Source: Octopus sinensis (taxonomy: Eukaryota). From it: DNA of 64,000 nt. Positions within the stretch are counted from its first letter, which is position 1. Each line of letters begins with the position of its first letter. The position numbers and the translations under genes were made by a program. The stretch covers positions 101,060,001 to 101,124,000 of the forward strand of contig NC_043000.1 of the NCBI RefSeq assembly GCF_006345805.1, written 5' to 3'. Of this stretch, positions 13,004-25,950 are shown piece by piece. The notes below the pieces were generated by a model. That model did no database searches. It was given only the letters and a program-made list of their open reading frames with translations, and was not told the DNA's origin.

Positions 13004-14497
13004 AAGTAAAAAAAACTAGTATATTCTATTGCAAAAACAAGAAGAAGAAAAGGAGGAAAGAGTAGAAAAGGAGGAAAACTAAGAAGGGGAAAAGAAGAGA
13101 TGGAGGAAGACGAAAAGGAAAAAAGAGGAGGAAAAAGAAGAAAAAGAGAGTAACTAACACCAGAGATATGACTGGAGAGCAGACATCCTTACAAATGTAA
13201 CTGGGAAACCAAAAGTAACAGACTTCTATTGTTCTCTTCTTTGTATATTCCACAAGAAATACAATAATTAAAGAAGTCTTATGAAAGCTTTTGGCTAGTG
13301 TTTTTTTATATATATATATATATTTTTTGTTTTTTTGTTTTGTTTTAATAAAATAGATGAAGTTTTATAAGTGATGTTCTTACCTGGCAGAGGTGTATGT
13401 GGCTCTTAGATTCAATATATTCCATACAAGGTTTCACACAGTGTGTCCTGTTTGAGATTTTCTGTCAATAACTGTACTGGCTAAATATTTTATGTTATTT
13501 GAAATTTTTTCTAACATTGCAAAATGATAATTCCAGATTCATAAAGTCTCGACTGAATGTGAAGAACAGGAAAAAAAAAAAAAATTGGTAGTTCACAAAG
13601 TGCCATTTCAAATATGTCTGCTGCCAAACCAAGACCCTAAAGATTAGTACTAATTCTAGATATAGGCTCAAGACCAAAGCTCTTTCTGGGAAAATGATGT
13701 AATTGATGACACTACCACCAATATTTGATACCATTCTCCTCTCTTATTCTTATTTGATTCAAACAGTTCCTTTTGGAAGCCCTTACCTCAAATTTTTATC
13801 TCTCTGTTTGTCACTCCTCTATTTGGTACCCAAACCCAACATACATGATCCATAGTTTCCACATACGACTTTTACATGTAATTTTGTTCTCTGATTTATA
13901 AATTTATATGTATATTTATTTCGTTGTGTGTTTTAAATTATGCTTTCAAATTTGTACTGATTTCCTAAATGAGCATTTCTTAATACAGTCCATATATTGT
14001 GAAGTATTCTTAAAAACATACTTTATATATATAAATATATATATATAAAAGAGAAAGAGAAAGATATATATATATATTATATATTGCACAATGTAAAACT
14101 AAAACTTCATTATAAATAGGCCAGCAAAGAATTTTGGGCTTATTTTTTCACTTGTTAATGTCATTTATTTATTTATTTGTAATTTATAAAATTATTCATC
14201 TCATAAATATTCCCTTGACTGGACACGTCAACTGATGACCTGCTTAAATTAGGAGTAATGGAAGAATTACCAAGATTAGTAGGAATGAACACACTTCTTC
14301 GGAAGTAAAATTGTATGTATGTATGCATGCATGTATATATGCATGTGTGTGTATGTATGTGAAAATGCATGTGATTTCATGCATTTTTTTATGCATAATG
14401 TGAAATATATTAGAATGAATGACAAATTAAAATGTCCAAACAAAAACAGGAGCCAACCAACCAGAACATATTTATAATGATTAATAATAATAATAAC

Positions 14498-14546
<49 letters not shown>

Positions 14547-15409
14547 GAAGAGCACTCAGTGAGTGCAAACCCAACATCTTCTCAATGATTAGCCAATGAT
14601 TTTTAAAATGAGAATATCTGAAATAAACTCGATTGCTCTCACAAACGAGAATACTAAAATTGAACCCAACCGCTCTCAAGAATTAAGTAAAAAAAACAGG
14701 AAAAATAATCCAGAATCTTTGTCCAGTACTGGATTAATCCCAAAATCTAATCAGTTTGTACCAATTACAAGGCCAAACTTCCCCAAAAGTTTCATCTGAA
14801 TCCATCCAGTGGTTCTTGAGGTATTTTGTCCACAGACAAACAAACAAAGAAACATGACTGAAAATAATACCTCTACCTTCATTAAGGCAGAGGTAATAAT
14901 AATAATAATGATGATGATGATGATGGGGATTTAACATGTGAAGTTAAGACAAGGGGACTCACATGTGCACATGTGCACACACACACAAAATAAAGTCAAG
15001 TAATCTCACATAGTTTCATCCAAAATGAATGCAATTACCAACATTCTCGAGTGGAATGCTTGAATAATTGTGGAAATCTTCTCCACATGAAACCATTGGT
15101 AACATTGCCAATTCACATATAAAGAACATTTACCCACTGAATGCAGTGTTGAGCATTCATTCTCTCTGTTATTTTGTTATGGCTGAATCTAAGAAGCATG
15201 GGCAGTGCTCATCCCCTTCTTTTGCTTGGCTGGACCTCACAGACAGGTGGAAAGAGGATGTAGGAAAGTGCTGGGGGGAAGAGTACAATAAAGACCACCA
15301 CACTGAAATAGTGACATACTGACTTTCAGGACCAGTTTGATTATTGCAACAGAATGAACCTCACTAAAGATATCTGAAATTTCAATGATTGAAACAAGAT
15401 AAAAAAATA

Positions 15410-15478
<69 letters not shown>

Positions 15479-15789
15479 AGAAGAAGCACAAAGAGAATAA
15501 CAAAGAAGTATTGTTAGAAGAGGTTTGCACACACGTGTGTATATGTTTGTATTTTCTGTTTGTGTGTTTATTTTTATGTTAATGCCTTTTTGAAAAAACA
15601 CAGTGTCTTACTTTTATATCCTGTAACTTAGGAGTTTAACAAATAGAGCATGTATGAATCAGGTATGTGTTTTGAGGCCCCATCCCTTCAATCAAAATTC
15701 ATAATCTATGTACCTTTTATTCATAGCTATATTTTACTTTATTCTATCTGAAGTTCAATATTTCACGTTATCCTAAAGAACATATTTAG

Positions 15790-16018
15790 GTAGGGACGTT
15801 CATGGTACAATGCAATATTTTTACAAGAACTTTTGCAGGTACAATGTATTACCATTTTATTTTTTTAAATTTTCAGTTAACATAGTTCAATTCTTATTCA
15901 ACATCTTAACCAAAGTAAATAGATGACTCATCTACATACTTTGATCTTTACACGGGGCCCCTCAACCATGTAGGCCCCCTGCGACCACAGGGGTTACAGG
16001 GGCTTAGTGATGGCCCTG
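15790..16018 (-). mobile_element. Non-autonomous DNA transposon end, hAT-like (CAGGG terminus)
   Basis: 15790-15950 is the reverse complement of 55380-55535 (TAGATGACTCATCTAC.TACTTTGATC etc.). Both copies terminate in CAGGG(C/T)C.TC. The superfamily assignment is an inference. Confidence 0.6.
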
Positions 16019-16164
16019 GTATGAATCATACCAGACTTTAAAATTAGTACGTGGGTGATTATGACTGACCAAAACCCCTTCGGTATGTTACTACCAACAG
16101 CCCAATGACTGAAGCAAAAAAAAAAAAAAGAAAGTGATGAAGGAGTATGTAAGTAAAAAAAAAG

Positions 16165-16740
16165 CACCCATGCTGATCCATGTAAAAAGCACCTGTGCCA
16201 GTCCATGTAAAATCCCTCGTGCCAGAACTTGTGCTCGTGCCATGTAAAATGCACCCAGCACATTCTGTAAAGTGGTTTGTTTGTTCCTTCTCGAGCCATG
16301 CCTGGCTCATAAGGGCCGGTTTCCCGGTGTCTTGGCGTATAGGTTCCCCACCTGGACAGGACGCCAGTCCGTTGCAGGTGAGCTGCAAGATGCAAGAGGA
16401 AAGAGTGAGAGAAAGTTGTGGCGAAAGAGTCACCAGAAGTTTTGCCATTACCTTCTGCCGGAGCCACGTGGAGCTTAGGTGTTTCACTCATAAACACACA
16501 CATCACCCGGTCTGAGATTCGAACCCGCGATCCCTCGACCGCGAGTACGCTGCTCTAACCACTAGGCCATGTACCTCCACTGTAAAGTGGTTGGCATTAG
16601 GAAGGGCATTCAGCAGTAGAAACCAAGCCTGGAACCTGGTGCAGCTCCCCAGCTCTCTGCTAGCTCTGGTCAGACCATCCAACCCATGCCAGCATGGAAA
16701 AGGAACATTGAAAGATGATGATGATGATGATGATGATGAC
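16165..16740 (+). mobile_element. Family C element split by a SINE D insertion
   Basis: GTAAAATGCACCCAGCACATTCTGTAAAGTGGTT resumes after the insertion as CTGTAAAGTGGTTGGCATTAGGAAGGGC ... (GAT)n. Confidence 0.8.
16278..16579 (-). mobile_element. tRNA-derived SINE family D with 13-bp TSD
   Basis: A box TGGCCTAGTGG and B box GGTTCGAATCT on the minus strand. Direct repeat CTGTAAAGTGGTT at 16265-16277 and 16580-16592. Confidence 0.9.
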
Positions 16741-17384
16741 GCTGTCGCCAATGCCACTGACATCCTCAATGATGGCAGTGACAGAGTCAACAACAATTAT
16801 GATTAGTAGTGACAGCTATATCAAAGCCCTTACAGTATTGAGATCAATCCCATTGTATTTGTAAGTTCAAATGTTGTCCTTTGTTTAAGTTCCCTTCCCT
16901 TTTCCCATCAGCCCTAAAAAAAAAGAAACCAAAAACAATCAATGAAATACAAAATACAAAATACAAACCACAAATCGTGCACTGAACAAAGTGTGAAAGA
17001 CACAAAACAAGAGATGAATAAGGGCAATAACATAAAACAAAAAGACTTTCAGGGCAAAGTAAAAACTAGTTTTTCTCGCCCCCATTCATAAACACAAATG
17101 TTTACCATTTCATTTATAATTTATAGCATGCCCAAGAACAAGCAGTACAACAGAACATTATGTTCGAATGTTATATTCCAGTACAAAATAATATGTTTTT
17201 GTTTCTGAGGAGGATGGGGGAAACATTTTTTTGTGTGTGTCTATGTACTTGTATATCAATACTGTTATATGTAAACATTTTAACTCTTTGCTGTATGATG
17301 AAAAAGTTTCCATTAAAATACCACATACAGTACACAGCAAGTCACACACATACACTCACTCATACAAAAACACACACATTACAC

Positions 17385-18180
17385 ATTATCAGCATCATCA
17401 TCATCATTACCACCATCATTATCACTACTATTAGCTCTATCACCTTCCCCACCAACACCATCACCACCACCATCGCCATTGTCATCATTATTATTGTTGT
17501 TGTCACTGCTACCATAGTTGTTGGCATCATCATCATCGCCATCATCTCATCATCATCATCATCATTGCCACTACCACCATCAAAACAAACTTCATTATCA
17601 ACATTATTGCCATCACTATCATCATCATCATCATCATCACCATCAACTCTGTCAGCACCATTGTCACAATCTCAGTCATGATTGTCATAACCACCATTAT
17701 CACCAAGAAGTTGCCATCACTGGCATCACTATTTTCATCCCCACCACTATCATCATTATCATTAACCTTGTCTTCATCATCCTCATCATCACTGTTATCA
17801 TCATCATCATCTCATTTATTATCACCATCATCAGCATCATTACCATCATCACTCTTTGTCTCCATCATCATCTCCATGATCAAGACCATCATCATCAACA
17901 CTATTATCATCATCATCCTCATCATCATCATATCATCATCATCATCATCATCACCATCACCATCATCATCACCATCATCACCATCACCACCATCATCATC
18001 ATCATCATCATCATATCATCATCATCATCATCATCATCATTATCATCACCATCATCTTCATCATCATCCTCATCATCATTATCATCACCATCATTGTTAT
18101 CATCATCATTATTATCATTTTCATCATCATCTTCATCACCATCATCACCCCCTCCATCATCATCATCATCATCATCAGTA
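17385..18180. repeat. Long degenerate (CAT)n array
   Basis: Read directly; gives poly-H/I/S ORFs in all three plus frames. Confidence 0.95.
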
Positions 18181-18449
18181 GTAACAAGTTAATTCATTTG
18201 CACTGAAGTACAAACTGTTCTTGTCTATCTATGGTTTTAAAAAGGATGATGGTCAATTAACCGAGAACTTACTCCACAATTCTGATAAGAATAGTGAGGT
18301 TGAAATGATTTCCTTCTATCGAAATTTGGTATTCCGTTTACTTTCTGGACACTTCTAAAGACTTTCTCAGATCTTACAGTATTTCTTTCTCTTTTAACAT
18401 TCCTATTCTCTTCTTGTGGTATTATCATGTATTTTCACCAATTATCCTG

Positions 18450-18524
18450 TTTTAGGGACATTACTTCCTTTCCTTCATCAATTCAACCTTTCACTTCCAC
18501 CTCACTGTCTCTTGGTCTGTTTCC

Positions 18525-18571
<47 letters not shown>

Positions 18572-18822
18572 CCTATCTATCTATCTATCTACCTATCTAT
18601 CTATCTATTTACCTATTTCTCTCTCTGTCTATCCTTCTATCTGCCTACCTCTTGTTTCTCACTTCGTTTAACCTGCCCCCATCTCTTTTACTTTGTCTCC
18701 TTTTTTCTCAATATCCCTTTAATTACCTTAATCTTTCTTTTCCTTCCCTTAATTCCATTAATCAGATCCATCTCCCTTTATATCCCTTCTATCACTTCTC
18801 ACAGCCCTTTTAACCACTTTGA

Positions 18823-18858
<36 letters not shown>

Positions 18859-19275
18859 TCTCTCAATATTTATATCTCTTCTCTCGATTCCTTTAATCCC
18901 CCAAATCTCTCTGTCTTTCTCTCTCCTTTTTTTGTCTCATTCTCTCTATCTTTAATCATTTTCCTTGGTCCCTTTAATCATCCTTAATTTCATTTCCTTT
19001 CTTTCTCCCTTACTCCTGTTGCTTCTGCCTTTCTCTCTCTTTTTTCTCAATCCCTTTAATCTAGTTAATCAATTCCTTGATTTCTTTAATTACCCCTCCT
19101 TCTCTCAGTATTGTCTTGCCAATCCTTCCCTCCATTTATTTATCTATTTTTTTACTTCTTAATCATATTCATTTTACTCATTCTCTTTCTCTCTCTCTCT
19201 CTCACACACACACACGCACACATACACATTTTCACTTGCTCTCTCTCTCTTTCATTCTCTTTCTCTCTCATTTGG

Positions 19276-19308
<33 letters not shown>

Positions 19309-19310
19309 CT
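18450..19310. repeat. Pyrimidine-rich tract with (TATC)n and (CT)n
   Basis: Read directly from the sequence. Confidence 0.85.
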
Positions 19311-19369
19311 TATATATATATAAGGAGAAAGTGAGATAGAGACAGCTACCTAGAGGCAGGCAGATACAT

Positions 19370-19393
19370 TGATAGATAGATAGATAGATAGAC

Positions 19394-19456
<63 letters not shown>

Positions 19457-19467
19457 CAGATAGATAC

Positions 19468-19501
<34 letters not shown>

Positions 19502-19510
19502 GGATGAATG
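19370..19510. repeat. (GATA)n microsatellite
   Basis: Read directly from the sequence. Confidence 0.95.
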
Positions 19511-20499
19511 GATGGAGAGAGAAAAAGAGTAAGACAGATGTATACATGTGTGTGTGTGTAATTTATTATTATCTGTAGGTATGTGTATACATGTCTGTAA
19601 TTGCAAGCAAGTGCTTGTGTGCGTATATGCACATGTGAGTGCGTGTATTTATGATTTGCTTCACCTCTCGATTAATTTTGATGTTGTGTGCATTCCATTT
19701 TCAAAACTTAACTTCCTTTATTGCTGATAATGAGATCAGAACTGCAATCAAGTTGTGAAATGGTAGAATAATCTTGAAAACGAGAAGAGGAGAGGGAAAA
19801 AGAGAGAACAAAAGTTCATAGAGTTGGAGAAGAAAGATGAGAAGAGGAAAGACAGAGATAGAGAGGAAGAACAAGAAAGTGGAAGGAGAGAAATACAATA
19901 AAGTAGAGTGGATTGAAGAGAGAGTGGGGTTGGAAACAGAAAGACTCAACAATGGTAAGGATGAATGAGATTGTATAAGATTTAGTCAGAGGAAAGAGAC
20001 AGACTGAGAAAGATGTCCATAGCGTAAAGGAAAGGAGGAAGAAATATAGAAATGTGTAAGGATTGGAAGACGAATGAAAGAGAGTCAAGGAAGGCCATAA
20101 TTAAGATATTGAGGGGTATAATGATGTATAGAGAAAAGAGTTTGGAAAGAATGGAAAATGGTGAGGCAGAAAGAAGAACTGTGAATGATGAAGGAATTAG
20201 AAATAGAGATGGAGATTAAGCAAGAGTGAATGGATGGGTAGAATTGTTGTTAGAGCATCAAACAAATTGTTTACAGTGTATACCTTCTGAGTGAGTTCAA
20301 ATTTCACTGAGGTCAAGCTTATTTTATGTGTTTCCAAGATTGACAAAATAAAGGATTGGTTAAATACTAGGATTGTTAATGTTCATGTAAGGCATCAAAT
20401 GTCTGGATGAGGCCTATAAATAGATGGGAGCTGTAAAACATTCTGGCCATGTTAATAAATTTTGCAAGAGGACATGCTGGTGTCATGTAAAAAGAACCT

Positions 20500-20690
20500 G
20501 TTGCTGGTTAAAAGCACCCAGTGTACTCTGTAAAGTCATTGGCATTATGAAGGGTTAGGAAGGGCATCCAGCTGTAGAAACTCTGCTAAAACAGATAACT
20601 AGAGCCTGGTGCAGCTGTCTGACTAGCCAGTGCCTTTCAAACTGTCCAACTCATGCCAGAATGGAAAATAGACATTAAATAGACATTAAA
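20500..20690 (+). mobile_element. Family C tail
   Basis: TAAAAGCACCCAGTGTACTCTGTAAAG ... GGAAGGGCATCCAGCTGTAGAAAC ... TCCAACTCATGCCAGAATGGAAAATAGAC. Confidence 0.75.
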
Positions 20691-20734
20691 AATAGACACC
20701 CACAAAGTTATCAACCACCTCACCAACAACAACA

Positions 20735-20995
20735 CTGAACACCTTTTTGATCTCCATGTGTCTAACACACGTGGACATGCCTACAAAGTCAGAAAACAAC
20801 ACAGCTCCCATGACTTTCAGAAACATTTTTTCACGCTCAGAGTTGCTGAAGCATGGAATAAACTGCCTGCATCAGTTGTTGACTGCCATGACACTGCATC
20901 CTTTAAGGCCCTCATGCTTTCTGAAATCCACCAAAACTACACCTGATTATATATACACTTTAGATGAGTTGTAGTGCACCTGAGCACTGTACACA

Positions 20996-21050
<55 letters not shown>
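20735..21050 (+). mobile_element. CR1-clade LINE 3' end
   Basis: NTRGHAYKVRKQHSSHDFQKHFFTLRVAEAWNKLPASVV matches the CR1 ORF2 C-terminal TRGH...FFxxRVxxxWNxLP motif; (ATT)n tail. Confidence 0.85.
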
Positions 21051-21051
<1 letters not shown>

Positions 21052-21498
21052 GATAATGACGAGCTAGCAAGGCTGTTATATGTACTAGAACAGCAATGAT
21101 CAAAGGCATCCCAGGTCTGATCAAACCATGTTTCTAGGGCTTTGTAGGACAACATGATCTAATACATGGTTTTCTTATTTAAGCTGAAGGAGACTAGGCT
21201 GCTATTTCTAGCAAGTTGAGCAACCACTTATAAAGGATTCTGTTTCTGCTTGTATGAAGTAGTGAAAGTGAAGGATAGAAGTTGATGTAAAGACAGAAAA
21301 ATATGCATACCTTGCCCTAAGTCTTGATGGCTTGAGTTATACCTGGTGAACCCTTCCTTCTCCATGTCTAACCACTGATGATTTCTCCCAGAGAGAGGCA
21401 GAGTGAAGGATAGAGAATGGGAATCGATTCCAACACTGGACTGTTACATTTTTTATGGACAGCACAGGGACGAAAGGCAAGTTTGACCTCAATGAAAT

Positions 21499-22035
21499 TT
21501 AACCCTTTAACATTTAAGCCAGCCATAATCTGGCCAAAATATTCTACCTATTTTATTTTCAAACGGGTCAGATCCGACCTTTCACATCTACCCTACAATG
21601 TCATTCTAAAAGTAAACACTCACATCATTGAAATATCAAAGCTATGAGATAATTCAAGATTAATTTCAAAACAATGTGAATAAAGATTACATTTGACAGA
21701 GAAATCATCATCGTCATCATCATCATCACCATCTTTTAATGTCTGTTCTCTATGCTGGCATGGGTTTCACAGTTTGACAGGAATTGACTAGCTTGAAGGC
21801 TGCTCAGGCTCCATTCATTTGTTTTGGCATGGTTCCCTATGGCTGGATGCCCTCCCTAATACAAACCACATAACAGAGTGTATTTGATGTTTTTACATGG
21901 TACCAGCATGGTTGCTTATACATGTCACCAGCACCCATGTGCCTGCAAGACTAGGGGAGATAGAGGGAGAAGGTGTGTGTGAGAGAGAGAGAGAGGGAAA
22001 GAGAGAGAGAAAGAGAGTGAAAGAGTAATCTGAAT
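21499..22035 (+). mobile_element. piggyBac-like MITE (TTAA-CCCTTT end) interrupted by a family C insertion
   Basis: TTAACCCTTTAACATTTAAGCC start at 21499. The body stops at TTACATTTGACAGAG (21701) and GAGTAATCTGAAT appears at 22023 after a minus-strand family C copy (21715-21950). Rejoining the halves relies on my recollection of the consensus. Confidence 0.45.
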
Positions 22036-22133
22036 CAGGACAAATCCCACAAGGCATTCTATCCTTTGCTCTATAGATCCTGCCAATTTGTTGCCCAAAT
22101 TTTTACATCATGGGTACAGATAAACAATTAGAT

Positions 22134-22445
22134 AAACCAGGGACCCCTTTGATTACTATTTTATTCTGGTGGACCTTCCATCCATAGCCATTCAATTTTT
22201 AAAAACTAGTTTTATAGAAACTTCTTTCAGAATTCCTATGTTGTTTCTCACATATCAACTTGTGTAGATTGAACTACGCAACATGTTAGAGACAAAAAGA
22301 AAAAACTTACCTGTTTCTTGCATTAGAGACATATACATACATCTAAAGCAAAATTCTTTCAAAGGCTCTTAAAATATCATTGTGGATCCCCAATTTATTA
22401 TTTTGTTGCGTGGACCCCCATATGGACCCTGGTTGAGAATCACTG
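22134..22445. mobile_element. hAT (Charlie-like) MITE
   Basis: Right end GGACCCTGGTTGAGAATCACTG is the reverse complement of CAGTGATTCTCAACCAGGGTCC; degenerate left end AACCAGGGACCCC. Confidence 0.55.
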
Positions 22446-22554
22446 AGGTAAACAAACAGACAGATAGATATACTGACAACCAGATAGATATACAGTCAGG
22501 TGAAGTAAGAAACTAATGCAAATGTTCTTTTGAGTATAGCTACTTTAAAATGAT

Positions 22555-23135
22555 TTTATAATAATAATAATGAAATTATTGTATACAGTGATCAGGTGCA
22601 CCACAACTTGTCAAAAGTGCATATAAAGCATATGCAGTAATGTACAAATGTCTAGGAAGCGAACAGTGTATGAGTCAGATACATGCTTGTGTGTGTATGG
22701 AGGGGAGAAAATCAGGTGTAGTGTTGGCGAATCTCAGGAAGCATGGAAGTTTTGAAGGATGCAGTGCTCCGACAACTAACAACTGATGCCGGCAGTTTGT
22801 TCCATGCTTCAGCAAACTCTTAGCATGCAAAAATGTTTCCGAAAGTCATGGGAGCTGTGCTGTTTTCTAACTTTGTAAACATGTCCACGGGTTTTAGACA
22901 GGTGGAGTTTGAAAAGGTGCTCAGAGTTATTGTTAGTATTTTAGCACTTCTTCTACAAGGCTGTTCTTCACTGAGGAATGTTTGTGTTTGGATCTTGTAC
23001 TTATTGAAAGAATTAAAATGATATTAGTCAATGATTAACATATTCATGGATATTTTTTCCCACCATGCTGTATGTATATTTGAGAGACCTTTTTCTCATA
23101 AACTCTGTATTAAATATGTTGGCGCTGAACTAACT
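22555..23135 (-). mobile_element. CR1-clade LINE 3' end (inverted relative to the 20735 copy)
   Basis: Reverse complement of GGACATG..TACAAAGT.AGAAAACA.CACAGCTCCCATGACTTTC.GAAACATTTT ... GCTGAAGCATGGAA.AAACTGCC; (AAT)n at 22557. Confidence 0.85.
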
Positions 23136-23284
23136 TAACAATAGAGAGTTATGTAGGTAGATAGATATGTTAGTGTATGTGTATGTATGTATGTATGTGT
23201 GTGTGTGTGTGCATGTGTGCATGTGTGTGTGTGTGTGAGTGTGTGTGGGTGCGTGTGTGTGTTTGTATGAAAATAAATGTTTAG

Positions 23285-23560
23285 ATAAAATATGTTTCTT
23301 TGTAAGCCACACAGGGCTGGACACAGACAGGACAAATTACAAAGCAAAGCTTTTCTTTTTGGGGAGAAAACAAAAAGGAGTGGGGTAGGTTTTCGATCAA
23401 AAGGGATTGTAGAAAGGAGAAAAAAAAGAAGAAAAGAAAAAAGAAAAGAAAAAAAATGATCAATAGGGATCGTGTATCACAGAAATGAAAGAAAAGACCA
23501 CGGTCACGGTCACGGTCACGGTCATTAATGTCACATGTTAACACATTTATTTGCAAGTAA
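23285..23560 (-). mobile_element. Tx1/L1-like LINE 3' UTR fragment
   Basis: Homologous to 24005-24320; includes a (CACGGT)4 expansion. Confidence 0.65.
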
Positions 23561-23689
23561 GTAATAAGATAGAAAGATGAATAGGCAGACAGGCAAACAG
23601 ACAGACAGACAGATCACAGAATCAATGACAAGTAATAGAGACCTTTCAGGATTTACTATGCTTGAGAAGACACGTCAAGCCAAGTGAAA

Positions 23690-23905
23690 TCATAGTCGTG
23701 GCCAGTATTGGTGACACATAAAAGGAACCTGTGGCTGGTGACATGTAAAAGGCATTCACAACACTCTTGGAATGGTTGGATATCCAGCTGTAGAAACCAT
23801 GCCAAACCAGATTGGAGCCTGGTACAGCTCTCCAGCTTACTAGTTCCAGTCAAACTGTTTAACCCATGGCAGCATGAAGAGTGGATACTAAACTATTTTG
23901 ACGAT
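23690..23905 (+). mobile_element. Family C tail, degenerate
   Basis: CACATAAAAGG ... TCCAGCTGTAGAAACC ... AACCCATGGCAGCATGAAGA..(GAT). Confidence 0.7.
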
Positions 23906-23959
23906 GAAGATAGATACATAGAGAAGAACATGGACAGACAGACAGACAGATAGACCAAT

Positions 23960-24004
<45 letters not shown>

Positions 24005-24012
<8 letters not shown>

Positions 24013-24620
24013 TGTTTCTTTATTAGCCACACAGGGCTGCTCACAGACAGGATAGATTACAAAGTAGAGCTTTTCTTTTTGGGGGAGAGGAAAAAAAAAA
24101 GGTGGGTTAGGTTTTCGATCAAAAGGGATCATAAAAGGGAAAGAAGAAAAAAAAAGGAAAAAAAAAGGGAAAAAAACGATCAATAGGGATCATGTATCAC
24201 AGTGCCATGGTGTAAAGTGTAAAGGGGGAAGCAGATAAGGTTTATCTGTGGGAAGAAAAGCCTACGGAAAAGATCACGGTAACCTCAGTCAATTATGTTA
24301 CATGTTACCACATTTATTTGCAAGTTGGTAACCCTCTGTTTTAAATTTTCCGGGTTCATAGGATTATGCTCAAGGTGGCTTCATCATTCATACGTGCCAT
24401 CCTTGCTACATTCACCCATCTTTTTTTGAAACATTCGCTAGACAAAACTTGCCCCTCTACTCTCACTTTCCTTTTTAAGTGATACATGAAAAAGTTGATG
24501 GGAGATTGACCAGAGAGGAAAGTGTTTGTTTGAAAGGATTGGAGACAAACACTTAACTCTCTGGTCAATCTCTCATCAACTTTTTCAAGTATCACTTGAA
24601 AAGGAAAGTGAGAGTAGAGA
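24005..24620 (-). mobile_element. Tx1/L1-like LINE 3' end (ORF2 C-terminus plus 3' UTR)
   Basis: FQTNTFLSGQSPINFFMYHLKRKVRVEGQVLSSECFKKRWVNVARMARMNDEATLSIIL* resembles Tx1-type ORF2 termini (F..RW). The UTR has an AATAAA signal. (GATA)n on both sides. Confidence 0.65.
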
Positions 24621-25179
24621 GGCAAAGATAGATAGATAGATAGATAGATAGCAAGGCAGATACATTTATTTTGAAATTCACCTTCAATCATTTATTGAGC
24701 ACTTTTATGTAGAATGGTTCATTTTTAGATGAACTAAGATGTGTTTGTAAAACATGTGCGTATGTGTGTGTATCTGCCTGTCTTTCTGTCCGCCTCTCTC
24801 GCATTCTCTCCTCTCTTGCGCTATCTCTCTCTCTTTCTCTCTCTCTCTCTCTATCTATCTCTATCTATCTATATCTTTCTCTATCTGTCTCTCTCTCTCT
24901 CTCTCTCTCTTTTCATCTCTATCTTTTTCTCTGCGGGAGAGAGATGATTAGACCAAAAGACAGAAAAGGAATGTTGAGAGAAGAGTTGAGTGAATAAAGA
25001 AATTGCAATCGAATGACAAAGTAAATTTTTGTAAAAAGAAAGCAAAAAACAACAACAAAACAAAACCAAAAAACAAAAGAAAAAATCAAAAAGGAAAGTA
25101 AAAGAGTTTAAAGTAAAATCGTTAACGAAGTTAAAATACAATTCTGTGTCTTTGATTAGACTTGACATTAATGAGATAT

Positions 25180-25233
25180 AGAGAAAAGAGAAAAATAGAG
25201 CATATGCGAGTGAGTGAGCAAGAGAGGGAGAGA

Positions 25234-25286
<53 letters not shown>

Positions 25287-25391
25287 GAAAATAGTGATAG
25301 GGTGAGAGAATAGTAAACGAGGTCAAGAAAGAAAAAGAGTGGAACATAGGGAGATAAGATGGTGGAAAGAAGATTGCTAAGGAATAAACAT

Positions 25392-25437
<46 letters not shown>

Positions 25438-25950
25438 GTAGAGAAAGAATGTGGAACAAGTTAGTAGGGGGGAAGGTGTGGGTACTAAAAAGGAACAGAC
25501 AACAAAAGATAAAAACCCAGAAAAAGAGAGAGAGAAAGAGAGAGAGAAAGAAAGAGAAGAGAGAGAAAATGTGGAACAAGTATGAGGACAGTGTGAGTAG
25601 AAAAGGATAGCCAACAAAAGCCAAATTCAAAGAGAGAGAAAGAGAGAGAGAGAGGAGAGAGTGGGGTGGAAGGAGAAAGTGGACTAAATCAGTGTAGGAA
25701 TAGTATGACAGACAACAAAAGAGAAACTCAAAAAGAAATGAAGAGTAAGAGAGAGAGAGAGAAAAGAGAGAGAGAGAGAGAGAGATGGAAGGAAGGGGGG
25801 AGGGAAAAAGAGAAAAATGAGTTATGGCTTAAGAGAGAGGGGAAAATTATAGTTATAAGAGAAATAAAAGAGAGAGAGAGAGAGAGAGAGGGGGGAAAGA
25901 GAGAAACAGGAAGTCAAGGATGGGAGAATTGTGTAGAAGAATTAGACTGA
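25180..25950. repeat. Purine-rich (GA)n mosaic
   Basis: Read directly; explains the L/S/F-rich minus ORFs. Confidence 0.9.

Noticed and set aside
13384-13461. Minus-strand CAG|GTAAGA donor with a 26-codon open frame; similar isolated donors at about 18272 and 22310
   Set aside because: Acceptors are weak or absent and the peptides are not recognisable; such sites are expected by chance in 64 kb.
16500-16579. tRNA-like sequences with A/B boxes (also at 350-415, 44290-44365, 59045-59120 and 60454-60510)
   Set aside because: They continue into SINE bodies, several have TSDs, and none gives a complete cloverleaf; they are SINE heads, not tRNA genes.
17518-18192. Long poly-H/S/I ORFs (up to 224 aa), and similar ORFs at 8687-9191, 24881-25630, 37561-38367 and 39198-40067
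   Set aside because: These are stop-free only because CAT-, CT- or CA-based repeats lack stop codons; there is no domain or splice context.
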